Origin: Candidatus Krumholzibacteriota bacterium
Lineage (GTDB): Bacteria; Krumholzibacteriota; Krumholzibacteriia; LZORAL124-64-63
Length of the DNA stretch: 54,831 nucleotides
Assembly (NCBI GenBank): GCA_039714075.1
Contig: JBDLKA010000011.1
Span: 1-54,831 of the forward strand
Direction: 5' to 3'
How positions within the stretch are numbered: the stretch's first letter is position 1; the number at the start of each line of letters is the position of its first letter. Below, one piece after another: positions 1-8,966 of the stretch. The notes below the pieces were generated by a model, which saw only the letters and a program-made list of their open reading frames with translations, was not told the origin of the DNA and searched no databases. The position numbers and the translations under genes are program-made.

Positions 1-348
1 ATGTCCACCCTGGTGATCGATTTCGAGGACCGGCTGGACCAGATGACGATCGTCAGGGACAGTCTCGTTTCGGACAAGGCTCCGACGATCATCGGGGGAG
101 ACTTCAACACCGGCACGCACCGGGAGGGCGTCCTGTTTCGCCGGGTCGTTCGCAAAGCCGGTTTCAAGGAAGCCCGGCTCAAGGTGGAAAGGACCGCGCG
201 CGGCGGCCCCCTGGACCTGATGAGGCACAATCTGGTCCTGGACCGGTTCTATTACCGGGATCTGGAGTTGATTGCCGCGGGGGTGTCGGACGACGCCACG
301 GCCAGCGACCATTTCCCCGCATGGAGCCTGTTCAGGTGGAAAAGGTGA
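1..348 (+). CDS. Endonuclease/exonuclease/phosphatase (EEP) family protein, C-terminal part (probably 5'-truncated by the window edge)
   Basis: EEP motifs IIGGDFNT, LDRFYY and ASDHFP in the expected order. Confidence 0.8.
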   Translation: MSTLVIDFEDRLDQMTIVRDSLVSDKAPTIIGGDFNTGTHREGVLFRRVVRKAGFKEARLKVERTARGGPLDLMRHNLVLDRFYYRDLELIAAGVSDDATASDHFPAWSLFRWKR

Positions 349-351
349 AGC

Positions 352-594
352 TCAGGCGGGGTTGGATTCTTCGGAGGAGTCGTCTTCGTCCTGGGAGTCG
401 TCTTCCGCTTCGACTTCGGGCTCGACCTCGATCGCGTTGCCGAATTCGTCGAACGTGATCACCGGCTCGGGAACCTCTTCACCCGCGGCGATGGCGGCCT
501 TGCGCTCGGCCTTGGCCAGACGCTTGGCTTCCTTCTTTTTCTTCTTTTCCAGTTCCTTACGACGTTTCTCGTAGGAGAAATTGGATCGGGCCAA
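352..594 (-). CDS. Small conserved hypothetical protein, basic N-terminus and acidic tail
   Basis: TTG start; NFSYEKRRKELEKKKKKEAK resembles a widespread small basic protein family; fills the gap between flanking genes. Confidence 0.65.
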   Translation of the reverse strand: MARSNFSYEKRRKELEKKKKKEAKRLAKAERKAAIAAGEEVPEPVITFDEFGNAIEVEPEVEAEDDSQDEDDSSEESNPA

Positions 595-721
595 GACAAA
601 AACCTTTCAACAAGGTGAAAACAAAGGATTCGAACCCCGGAATTGTAGGTGTGCGGCAGGCTCAGGTCAATAACGAGTCGCCTGGCCGGCCCCAACTGTT
701 CCCGCAACCAGTCAGGAAACC

Positions 722-1222
722 ATGGATTTTGATCCCTTCATTATCTGCCCCCCCGGCGAGCGGCCGCCCCGGCCCCGCCCCCTGAATACCCCGGAAGGTC
801 TGGGCGATCGCATGCGCACGGCCGCTTTCGCGGAATGGCAGGCCATCGCCGCTTTTCGCTGGGCGGCGGGTCATTTCCAGGATGTTCCGCAGGCCCTCAG
901 GGACGAATGGACCGCCCAGGTGGCCGATGAAATCCGCCACTACGAAATGATATGCCGGCGCATGGAGGAACTGGGTTTCGAGCTGACCGACCGGCCGGTG
1001 ACGACCTCTCTTTGGGAGTCGCTGGAAGAGTGCACCTCGGGCCGGGAGTTCTGCATCAGGATTGCCAGCGCCGAAGAGCGGGGTCGCCAGGCGGGGGTCA
1101 GGCTGGCGGAATACCTGACGGAATCCGATCCGGAAACCGCGGCGGTATTCCAGGAAATTGCCGACGACGAGGTATCCCACGTCGCCCTGGCCGCCACCTA
1201 TTTCGACTGGGTTCCGGAGTGA
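722..1222 (+). CDS. Ferritin-like di-iron protein (DUF455-like)
   Basis: E...DExxH...E...DExxH pattern (AEWQAI, DEIRHY, AEERG, DDEVSHV); AGGA upstream of the ATG. Confidence 0.75.
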   Translation: MDFDPFIICPPGERPPRPRPLNTPEGLGDRMRTAAFAEWQAIAAFRWAAGHFQDVPQALRDEWTAQVADEIRHYEMICRRMEELGFELTDRPVTTSLWESLEECTSGREFCIRIASAEERGRQAGVRLAEYLTESDPETAAVFQEIADDEVSHVALAATYFDWVPE

Positions 1223-1256
1223 TATTTCCAAACCGGGAGTAGTTTTCGACAACCTG

Positions 1257-2873
1257 CTAGGAGTTGCGTCGGCTCAGGAACGTCTGGACCCTGCCGATCA
1301 GGCGCCCGGGTGAGAACGGTTTGCGGATCAGGTCGACATCTTCCAGGGAAAAGCCCTGCCTTTCCAGGACGTCGTCGGTGTAGCCGGACATGAACAGGGC
1401 GTTGAGGTCGGGATATTTTTCCCGCAGTTTGGCCACGAGTTCGGGCCCGTTCATGATTGGCATGATGACGTCGGTCAGGACCATGTCGAAGGCCTGGCCG
1501 TGTTGTTCGGCGAGGGCGAGGGCTTCCTTCCCCGAGTGGGCGACTTCCACCTGGTAACCCTCTTTTTCCAGGGCTTTGGTGATGAGGCGGCCCGCGGCCG
1601 TATCGTCTTCCACCACCAGGATGCGTTCACCCCCGGCGGATCCGGGGCGGCGTTCGGGTTCCGGCGACCCGGTTGCGGAGAGAGGTTCGTTCGATTCGGG
1701 CAGCAGGATCTCCAAGGTGGTGCCGTGGCCTTCGTGGCTGACGATCCGCACGTCGCCGCCGCTCTGCTTGACGATGCCGTAGACGCTGGCCAGCCCCAGG
1801 CCCGTTCCCCGGCCTCTTTCCTTGGTCGTGAAGAAGGGCTCGAAGGCCCGGGCGATGACCTCGCTGTCCATGCCCGACCCGGTGTCGGTGAATTTCAGGG
1901 AAACGTACCGGCCCAGCGGCAAATCAACCCCGTTGGCCAGTTCCTGGATGCCCCGCGTGGTCCTGATGGTCAGGGTGCCGCCGTCCGGCATGGCGTCGCG
2001 GGCATTGGAAACGACGTTCAGGATGACCTGCTCCAACTGACCCGGATCAACCTTGACCGGCAGCGGAATCCCGGCGTTGTTCAGGACCATTTCAATGTCC
2101 TCGCCGATCAGGCGCCGGATCATGCCCGTCAGGCGCCCGACCACCTGGTCCAGGTCGATGATCTCGGGTTTGAGATCCTGCTTGCGGCTGAAAGCCAGTA
2201 GCTGGGCGGTCAGGGTGGCCGCCTTTTCACTGGCCTGGATGATCTCCTGGGCGTCCTCCACCAGTTCAGGCTGGCCGGTTATGCCGGCCTTGAGGATTTC
2301 GGCGTAGCCCATGATCGCCACCAGGATGTTGTTGAAATCATGGGCGATGCCACCGGCCAGCTTGCCGACCGCTTCCATCTTCTGGGCATGCCGCAGCTTC
2401 TCTTCCAGGTTCTTACGTTCGGTGATTTCCCGCCAGGCCACATGCAGAACATCGCGGTCCCCGAAGGGAACCGAGGTCAGCAGGACCTCCACCGGAAACA
2501 CGTCGCCGTCGGCCCGTTGGTGGTTCCACTCGAAGCGATGGCTGCCCCTGGCAAAGGCGATGGCCATCATTTCGTTGGCTTTTTCAAACGACAGCCGGCC
2601 GTCGGGCTGGTATTCGGGCGACAATTCCGAAGGGTGGGTCTGCAGCAGTTCCGCCCGGTTGGCGTAGCGCAGCATCTTGACCGTGGCCTCGTTGCAGTCC
2701 ACGAAGGTGTCGCGGTCGATGATCAGGTTGGCGTCGGCGGATCGTTCGAACAGTTCGCGGTAGTTGGGGAGCCCGCCCTCTTCCTGGTACTGGGCGAGCA
2801 GGGTCTGAAGATCCTCGACCTGGTGGCGCAGGTCTTCGATATCCGTCGGAACGTTGTTTTTTTCAAAGGACAT
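1257..2873 (-). CDS. PAS-domain hybrid sensor histidine kinase/response regulator
   Basis: PAS, H-box [12 protein letters not shown]-box NARDAM, G-boxes DTGSGM and GTGLGL, C-terminal receiver (VVEDD, TDVIMP, KPF). Start moved to MSFEK at 2873 because the ORF-track extension overlaps nhaC antisense. Confidence 0.9.
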   Translation of the reverse strand: MSFEKNNVPTDIEDLRHQVEDLQTLLAQYQEEGGLPNYRELFERSADANLIIDRDTFVDCNEATVKMLRYANRAELLQTHPSELSPEYQPDGRLSFEKANEMMAIAFARGSHRFEWNHQRADGDVFPVEVLLTSVPFGDRDVLHVAWREITERKNLEEKLRHAQKMEAVGKLAGGIAHDFNNILVAIMGYAEILKAGITGQPELVEDAQEIIQASEKAATLTAQLLAFSRKQDLKPEIIDLDQVVGRLTGMIRRLIGEDIEMVLNNAGIPLPVKVDPGQLEQVILNVVSNARDAMPDGGTLTIRTTRGIQELANGVDLPLGRYVSLKFTDTGSGMDSEVIARAFEPFFTTKERGRGTGLGLASVYGIVKQSGGDVRIVSHEGHGTTLEILLPESNEPLSATGSPEPERRPGSAGGERILVVEDDTAAGRLITKALEKEGYQVEVAHSGKEALALAEQHGQAFDMVLTDVIMPIMNGPELVAKLREKYPDLNALFMSGYTDDVLERQGFSLEDVDLIRKPFSPGRLIGRVQTFLSRRNS

Positions 2874-3054
2874 CTGGTAACCTTGATTGGGGAGATCCCT
2901 ATTGACCATGATAAGAAGACCCGGGCCGACTCGGCCACCGGATTTTTTTCGCGTCTTGAGAAGGCAACAACTAAATCGGCCAATGATGGAATTAGTTGAG
3001 CTTTGGAGACACGGCGGCCCGGGTCGATTCCGATAATCAGGAACAGGCGGGGGA

Positions 3055-4626
3055 ATGAGTAACATTCGCACCTTGATTCTGCTGGCCGTCGCCGTGGTTA
3101 CGGTGGTCCTGGCGTTCACCGATCCACCGGCACGCGGCCTGTGGCCCCCGGTGGCGGCACTGGCCGTGATCATCGTCACGCGCCACGCTTTGCTGGGACT
3201 GCTGGCGGGCGGTTTCGTCGGCGCGCTCCTGCTGGCGGGCGGCAATCCCGCCGCCGCGGTTATCGATCTGTTCGCCACCCACCTTTGGCCCAGCCTGCAC
3301 AGCAGCTGGAAGCTGGGCGCCATCGCCTTCACGTTGATCCTGGGCGGGTTCGCCGCCATCATGGAGGCCGGGGGAGGCCTGGCCGCCCTCATGCGCAGGG
3401 CCGCCGGATCGGGTCGGGACTCCGCGCGCAACCTGGAGGCCGGAGCCGCGGGCCTGGGCATCCTCTGTTTTTTCGATGGGCTGGCCAACAGCATGGTGGT
3501 CGGTCGGGTCAGTCGCGACCTGGCGGACCGCGCGGGAACGGCCCGGGTCAAGCTGGCCTACATCGTGGATTCCACCTCCTCGGCCGTCGCGTGCGTCGCC
3601 TTCGTATCCACCTGGATCGCTTTCCAGCTCTCGCTGATCAGCGAGGCCTTCGTGCAGGCCGGGCGGCCGGCCAACCCCTACGCCGTCTTCCTGGAATCCC
3701 TGCCCTACAATTTCTACTGCTGGTTCACCCTCGTGCTTCTGTTCGTGTCGATAAGGCAGAGGTTCCACCCCGGCCCCATGGGGCGATTTGTCGCGGAATT
3801 GGATTCGGCGCCCAGTGAAGAGCCCGTTCCCGGACCGGAGAAGCCGGAAGGCGGTCCGGTGACGGCCCTGGCGCCTTTGGCGGTGCTGATGGTCGCGTTT
3901 TTCGTCCTGTTCGTGGCCCTGGGCAGCCCGCGGCCGGTTTTTCCGCTGAGCCGGGACAAGATCGTGGCCGCCTTCGGTTCGGACGCCGGGCCCCTGGTGC
4001 TGGTTCTGGCCAGCGTTGCCGCGACGGTGGCCGCGGCGCTCATGTTCCCTTCGCGTCCGCATGGACGGTGGAACCCCGTCCTACGGTCCTTCGGTTCCGG
4101 GGTGCGGACCATGGTCGGTCCCATCTTCATCCTGCTGGCGGCCTGGATCATGAGCAGCGTGATCGGCGAACTGGGGACCGCCGCCCTGATTTCCCGCCTG
4201 GCCACCGAGACCGGCACCCTGGCCCTGATGCCCACCCTGACCTTCCTGACCGGCGCGGCCATCTCCTTCGCCACCGGCACGTCCTGGGGCACCATGGGCC
4301 TGCTTTTTCCCCTGGCGGTGCCGGCCGCCGCCGGCATGGGCGCGGCCGATTCCTTCCTGGCCGTCATCGTGGCGGCGGTGTTCAGTGGGGCGGTCTTCGG
4401 CGATCATTGTTCACCGTTCAGCGACACGACCATCGTGACCTCGATTTCCTGCGGAGTGGAGCCCCATGACCACGTGCGGACCCAGATTCCCTACGCGCTG
4501 ATCACCGCCGCGGTGGCGGTCGGCTGCGGATTCCTCCCGGCGGGATGGGGCTTTCCGGGGGTTGTTTCACTGATTTTCGGGGCCGGTATATTGTTGCTGC
4601 TGCCCCGCCTGGCCGGCAGGCGCTGA
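3055..4626 (+). CDS. Na+/H+ antiporter NhaC family membrane transporter
   Basis: Polytopic; motifs KLAYIVDSTS, FATGTSWGT, GAVFGDHCSPFSDTT, HVRTQIPYA. Confidence 0.88.
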   Translation: MSNIRTLILLAVAVVTVVLAFTDPPARGLWPPVAALAVIIVTRHALLGLLAGGFVGALLLAGGNPAAAVIDLFATHLWPSLHSSWKLGAIAFTLILGGFAAIMEAGGGLAALMRRAAGSGRDSARNLEAGAAGLGILCFFDGLANSMVVGRVSRDLADRAGTARVKLAYIVDSTSSAVACVAFVSTWIAFQLSLISEAFVQAGRPANPYAVFLESLPYNFYCWFTLVLLFVSIRQRFHPGPMGRFVAELDSAPSEEPVPGPEKPEGGPVTALAPLAVLMVAFFVLFVALGSPRPVFPLSRDKIVAAFGSDAGPLVLVLASVAATVAAALMFPSRPHGRWNPVLRSFGSGVRTMVGPIFILLAAWIMSSVIGELGTAALISRLATETGTLALMPTLTFLTGAAISFATGTSWGTMGLLFPLAVPAAAGMGAADSFLAVIVAAVFSGAVFGDHCSPFSDTTIVTSISCGVEPHDHVRTQIPYALITAAVAVGCGFLPAGWGFPGVVSLIFGAGILLLLPRLAGRR

Positions 4627-4627
4627 T

Positions 4628-5317
4628 TCAGATCCCGAAGCCCGCCATGAACGTGAGGGTCTTGTTCTTGAAGGTGCGGTACACCTCCAGCTGGCCCATG
4701 ACGTACCGGACCTGCAGGTTGACCACTTTCCCCCCCGCGTCGATATCGATTCCCCCGGCGACGACCAGGCTGAAGTCCGTGGAACCGGCGGTCTGGATAT
4801 CGCCGTCGTCGTTGAACGGAAGCTGGATGCCGCTCGGGTAACTGGTTTCCTTCCGGGCGGACAGCTCGAAGTCGATGGCCGGTCCGAATTGGATGACCGG
4901 CCTGACGGCGCCCGCCAGGGGAAAGGTCCAGGTGACAAGGAGGGGGACTTCCAGGTAATCGACGTTGTATTCGGTTTCCAGATCGCCCAGGTCATTTCCG
5001 TTTTCATCGATGGCCCGGTTCACCGACCGGGCGCCCTTGCGGGTGAAGAGAACCTCTCCCCGCCAGCCGAATTGGCCGCTCATGGTTCCGCCGAGGTAGG
5101 CTCCGGCACAGAATCCGTTTTTGGATTCGAAGGTGTCCTCGCCGGCGGCCGGTTGGAATTCCCAGTCGGAGGGGCCCCAGCCCGCGATCAGCCCCTTGGC
5201 CAGGCCGGGGTCCGCTACGGCGGGGACGGCAAACAGGATGGAAAAGAAAAACGAAAGAGATATGGAAAAACAAAACCGGCGCGACACACTGGCCCTCCCT
5301 GGTGACCCCACCCGCAT
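4628..5317 (-). CDS. Outer-membrane beta-barrel protein (PorT/porin-family-like)
   Basis: Signal peptide, EVLFTRKG and DYLEVPLL strands, terminal aromatic strand (FMAGFGI); exact start uncertain. Confidence 0.75.
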   Translation of the reverse strand: MRVGSPGRASVSRRFCFSISLSFFFSILFAVPAVADPGLAKGLIAGWGPSDWEFQPAAGEDTFESKNGFCAGAYLGGTMSGQFGWRGEVLFTRKGARSVNRAIDENGNDLGDLETEYNVDYLEVPLLVTWTFPLAGAVRPVIQFGPAIDFELSARKETSYPSGIQLPFNDDGDIQTAGSTDFSLVVAGGIDIDAGGKVVNLQVRYVMGQLEVYRTFKNKTLTFMAGFGI

Positions 5318-5382
5318 GACCTGACCTGGTCCGATCCTACACTACCTTCGCCGGCAGGTCAGGGAGTTGATGTGCCGCCGGT

Positions 5383-6093
5383 CTACTTTTTCCGATCCTT
5401 CCGGGCCTGGGCCTTGGCCTTCCGGTAGTCGCCCAGCAGCTTCTTGGTATCTTCTTCCACGTCGGCAAGGTCGAACCGGTGCCACTTGGCCGTCAGGTTG
5501 TCGTAGGACTGGTTGAGCCCGGCCACAAGTTCCTTGTCCTTGGCGTGGGTGTTCACGAAGCTGCGGTACCCCTTGATGATGTTGATCTTGTTGAGCACGT
5601 AGTCGGCCTGGCCGGGGACCTCGGGCAGGATGCCGGATTCCTGGTTGTGGCAGAACAGGCAGGTGCTCTTGACGCGGGTCACGAAGATGAAATCCATTTC
5701 CATGGCTCCGTGACAGGTGGCGCAGTTGGGCGCGGTGCCGTCGTCCTCGAGAATCCGGTAGTGGTTGCTGGTGACGAAAGCGTCACGCTGATCGACGTGG
5801 CACTGCCCGCAGGTGACGGGAATCTCGTCGAACTTCACGGGGTCCAGGACGTTGTTGTGCGCCTTCTCCAGATCGCGGGTCTTGGGGTTGCCCCCGTGGC
5901 AATCCACGCAGCTGAGGCCCTCCACGCCGTGCACCGAATTGTCGAAATCGATGAAGTAGTTGTAGAGCTTGGGGTGCTGGACCTTGAAGGCCGGGTCCTG
6001 GTGGCAATCCATGCATTCGTCACCAAGAACGACCGCGGCGGACGCCAGGGCCAGGACGAAGATGAAAACAGAAAAAACCCGTTGGGCATTCAT
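5383..6093 (-). CDS. Periplasmic pentaheme c-type cytochrome (cytochrome c3-like)
   Basis: Signal peptide; five CxxCH motifs (CMDCH, CVDCH, CGQCH, CATCH, CLFCH); start MNAQR preceded by AAGGGA. Confidence 0.85.
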   Translation of the reverse strand: MNAQRVFSVFIFVLALASAAVVLGDECMDCHQDPAFKVQHPKLYNYFIDFDNSVHGVEGLSCVDCHGGNPKTRDLEKAHNNVLDPVKFDEIPVTCGQCHVDQRDAFVTSNHYRILEDDGTAPNCATCHGAMEMDFIFVTRVKSTCLFCHNQESGILPEVPGQADYVLNKINIIKGYRSFVNTHAKDKELVAGLNQSYDNLTAKWHRFDLADVEEDTKKLLGDYRKAKAQARKDRKK

Positions 6094-6209
6094 GTTGGTC
6101 CCTTTCAGATGGTTACGACCACGTGGAACGTTCCCGAATACTAACACATTTCCCCGACATGATATAGGAAACCCGATCGGGCCGGTGTTTGTTCCCGAAA
6201 GTAGCCGTT

Positions 6210-6449
6210 TCAGTCGGGCTCACCATCGGTGTAGGTGTAGGAAAAAACAGCGCTCACGACGTCGGGCAGTTGCTGGATTTTTTTCAGCTTGCCGGTTTCG
6301 TCGGCATTGTCGTCACCTTCGACGGTGACGATGATGCGGCCCAGCTCGTCGCTGAAGTGGATATCGCACAAACCGCTTTCGGCGAGGCTGGCTTTGACCG
6401 CATCCAGGTTCCGGGGCAGCGTCTTGACCACGATGCTCGATATGTTCAT
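6210..6449 (-). CDS. napD: NapD Tat signal-peptide chaperone
   Basis: MNISSIVV...GRIIVTVEG...LPDVVSA pattern; last gene of the nap cluster; start overlaps the napF stop. Confidence 0.9.
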   Translation of the reverse strand: MNISSIVVKTLPRNLDAVKASLAESGLCDIHFSDELGRIIVTVEGDDNADETGKLKKIQQLPDVVSAVFSYTYTDGEPD

Positions 6450-6763
6450 GCGGATTCTCCGGTCTGTTCCTGGGCTTGGGGGGTCCTGACGATAATGGCG
6501 GCGGTCGGACACACGGCGACACAGTCGGCGCACAAGGTGCACCGGTCCGTCAGCACCCGGGGATTCATCATGCCGACGAAAAAGAGGGCGTGTTCGGCGC
6601 AGGCATCTTCACAGCGGGTGCAGATTCCCCGGCCCCAGGCGATGCAGGCATCCTTGTCCAGCAGGATGTCCACACCGTCGGGCAGAACGGCCCCCTTGCG
6701 GGGCTGCTCCCAGAATTCGGGTTTGGTTAACCCTTTCAACAGGTCACGCCGGCTGCAGTCCAT
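6446..6763 (-). CDS. napF: Short NapF-like ferredoxin (two 4Fe-4S motifs)
   Basis: SRRDLLK N-terminus, CIAWGRGICTRCEDAC and CTLCADCVAVCP; lies between napB and napD. Confidence 0.7.
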   Translation of the reverse strand: MDCSRRDLLKGLTKPEFWEQPRKGAVLPDGVDILLDKDACIAWGRGICTRCEDACAEHALFFVGMMNPRVLTDRCTLCADCVAVCPTAAIIVRTPQAQEQTGESA

Positions 6764-6772
6764 GGTCGGTTC

Positions 6773-7357
6773 CTATTCCACACCTTCGTTCAGGGTGTCC
6801 AGCAGGTTGGACCGCTCCTTCTGCTCCTTGGCCCGATAGTAGGGCTCGAAGGTGTTCTCGACAAGATCGCCCGTGTTGGCCTGGGCCGCATGGCAAAGAG
6901 TGCAGTTGTAGTTCGCCCCGGCGAGGGAACCCAGCGGCTTGTCCTTGCGGATGTCGTAAAGGTGGCTGGCCGGCACCGGGGTCGCGCCCACCTCGGCCGC
7001 CTCTTCGGGCAGGTGGCAGTCGGTGCAGGAATTTTCATTGGCGGTGATGGGCAGCAGGTCGTCCGTATTGTGGGGGATGACCGGCGGGGCGTTCTCGAAC
7101 GAACGGGCCGGGAGCTTGGCGTCACCCGGATCGGGTGAATCAAAGGCCGCCGGCGGGGTTCCCGAATCGTCGAGCAGGGGTTCGTTCCGGTAGCTGAGGT
7201 CGTCGTCCGCCACTTCGGCCGCCGCTTTGTCCGGAACTGCGGGCGCGGGGGGCGGCGGTGGCGGCGGCGCGTCACTTACCGGCGCGTCCTTGGCCGAGCA
7301 TCCGGCCAGCAGCAAAAAGGCGATCAACAGGCAGAGGGTGGACATTCTGGACATCAT
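6773..7357 (-). CDS. napB: Nitrate reductase diheme cytochrome c subunit NapB
   Basis: RSFENAPPVIPH, CTDCH, CTLCH; LAGC lipobox. Confidence 0.93.
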   Translation of the reverse strand: MMSRMSTLCLLIAFLLLAGCSAKDAPVSDAPPPPPPPAPAVPDKAAAEVADDDLSYRNEPLLDDSGTPPAAFDSPDPGDAKLPARSFENAPPVIPHNTDDLLPITANENSCTDCHLPEEAAEVGATPVPASHLYDIRKDKPLGSLAGANYNCTLCHAAQANTGDLVENTFEPYYRAKEQKERSNLLDTLNEGVE

Positions 7358-8178
7358 GAACCTCCCGATTCCAGAGACATGGCTTGTTTACGGTGTGAAA
7401 AAGACAGAGCGTCGTCGGGACAGACCTCGATACAGCGGCCGCAGTTGGTGCAGACTCCGTCGAGGACCGACCCGCTGGCCTGCCCCACCAGATCGAGGAT
7501 CCGGTTTTCGGGGCAAACCTCGAGGCAATCCATACAGCTGGTGCATTGTTCGTGATCGTGATCGATCCGCAGCAGGGCCGTGCGGCCGACCAGGGCGTAG
7601 AAGGCCCCCAGGGGGCAGACGTGGCCACAGAAGCCGTTCTTCTGGACCAGCAAATCAAAGAGAAAGACCGCGGCCACGGCCAACCAGCCGGCGCCCATGC
7701 CGAAGACCAGGCCCCGCTGCAGCATGCCGATGGGGCTGACCGCTTCGAAGGCCGCCGTGCCCAGGGCCGCGGACAGGATCAGGGCCACCGCCAGGATGAA
7801 ATAACGGGCCGGACGGCCGAACACCCGCCGGGATCCGGAGCCGGTCCGGAAGCGGCGGCCCAGGCGGTTGGCCAGATCGGTCACCGCGTTCATGGGGCAG
7901 ACCCAGGCGCAGAAAGTCCGGCCTCCGAGCAGGGCGTAGAAAACCAGGGTGATCGCCGCGCCGATCAAAACGTCGGCCGCCAGCAGGCCGCCGGCGACCA
8001 GCAGCTGCAGGACGGCGAAGGGATCGGCCAGGGGCGCGACGCCCAGAACAACCGAACTGCTCAGGTTGCCCCGCAATACGGTCCAGCCCCACAGGTTGCC
8101 GCCGATCAGCAGCACCATCACCGCCGTCTGCACGAGGCGGCGGGCTATCAGGAAACGATTTGCCCCGAGGCTAGTCAT
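7354..8178 (-). CDS. napH: Quinol dehydrogenase membrane subunit NapH
   Basis: GNLSSS, FCAWVCP, FCGHVCPLGA, two C-terminal ferredoxin motifs. Confidence 0.95.
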   Translation of the reverse strand: MTSLGANRFLIARRLVQTAVMVLLIGGNLWGWTVLRGNLSSSVVLGVAPLADPFAVLQLLVAGGLLAADVLIGAAITLVFYALLGGRTFCAWVCPMNAVTDLANRLGRRFRTGSGSRRVFGRPARYFILAVALILSAALGTAAFEAVSPIGMLQRGLVFGMGAGWLAVAAVFLFDLLVQKNGFCGHVCPLGAFYALVGRTALLRIDHDHEQCTSCMDCLEVCPENRILDLVGQASGSVLDGVCTNCGRCIEVCPDDALSFSHRKQAMSLESGGS

Positions 8179-8959
8179 CCTGCAGGTCTCCACTGTTCAG
8201 GTAGTCCAAAGGGTCGCTGTCCATCTCGTCGGCGGGACCGGTGGTGTCGTCGATCCTGTTTTCATCGCCCTCGTCCCAGCCCTTGATGTAGTTGTCCCCG
8301 ACCCGGCCGAGGGCCACCTCCAGCGGCAGAACGAAGATGGCCGCTTTTTCGACCACGCAGGCCCGCTCGCACAGACCGCAGCCGGTGCAGGCGTCCGTGT
8401 GAACTTTCGGCAGCAGCACGGCATGCCGACCGGTGCGTTCGTTCCGTGTGTGCTCCAGGGTGATGGCCTTGTCTATCAGGGGACACGCCCGGTAGCAGGC
8501 GTCGCAGCGCAGGCCCCAGGCGGCGATGCAGTTTTCGTAGTCCATGACCGCCAGCCCGATGCGGGTCTTGTTCACGTCGAGGGTGCGGCCGTTTTCGGTA
8601 CTGACCAGGCTGAGTTCCAGGGCGCCGGTGGGGCATTCGGAGGTGCAGGGGATGTCGGCGCAGAGGTAACAGGGAACATCCCGCGGAACCAGGCTCGGCG
8701 TGCCGGTCGGCGCGGCGGTGCCGGGACCGGCCAGGAACAGGGTGTCGTAGGGACAGGCCTCGACACAGATGCCGCAGCGGATGCACTTGCCCAGGAAATC
8801 AGGCTCGGGCAGGGCCCCGGGGGGGCGCAGGACCAGGGAGGCGGATTTGCCTTCGGTGACAAATCCGCCCCACACCACGCCACCGACCGCCGCGGCGGCG
8901 GCGCCGGCGGTCAATCGGGACAGGAAGTCCCGTCGGTCCATGCCTTTGTCCCGGGCCAT
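8171..8959 (-). CDS. napG: Ferredoxin-type quinol dehydrogenase subunit NapG
   Basis: Tat motif DRRDFL, LRPPGA, four 4Fe-4S cysteine clusters. Confidence 0.95.
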   Translation of the reverse strand: MARDKGMDRRDFLSRLTAGAAAAAVGGVVWGGFVTEGKSASLVLRPPGALPEPDFLGKCIRCGICVEACPYDTLFLAGPGTAAPTGTPSLVPRDVPCYLCADIPCTSECPTGALELSLVSTENGRTLDVNKTRIGLAVMDYENCIAAWGLRCDACYRACPLIDKAITLEHTRNERTGRHAVLLPKVHTDACTGCGLCERACVVEKAAIFVLPLEVALGRVGDNYIKGWDEGDENRIDDTTGPADEMDSDPLDYLNSGDLQDD

Positions 8960-8966
8960 GCTCAGC

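Noticed and set aside
625..641. GGTTCGAATCC (minus strand) resembling a tRNA T-loop
   Set aside because: Weak T-stem and no acceptor, D or anticodon arms around it
2874..3551. N-terminal extension of the 764-aa kinase ORF
   Set aside because: It overlaps the NhaC gene antisense and has no domain features; the plausible start is 2873
5320..5363. CCTGACCTG/CAGGTCAGG inverted repeat
   Set aside because: Long loop and no U-tract; function cannot be supported
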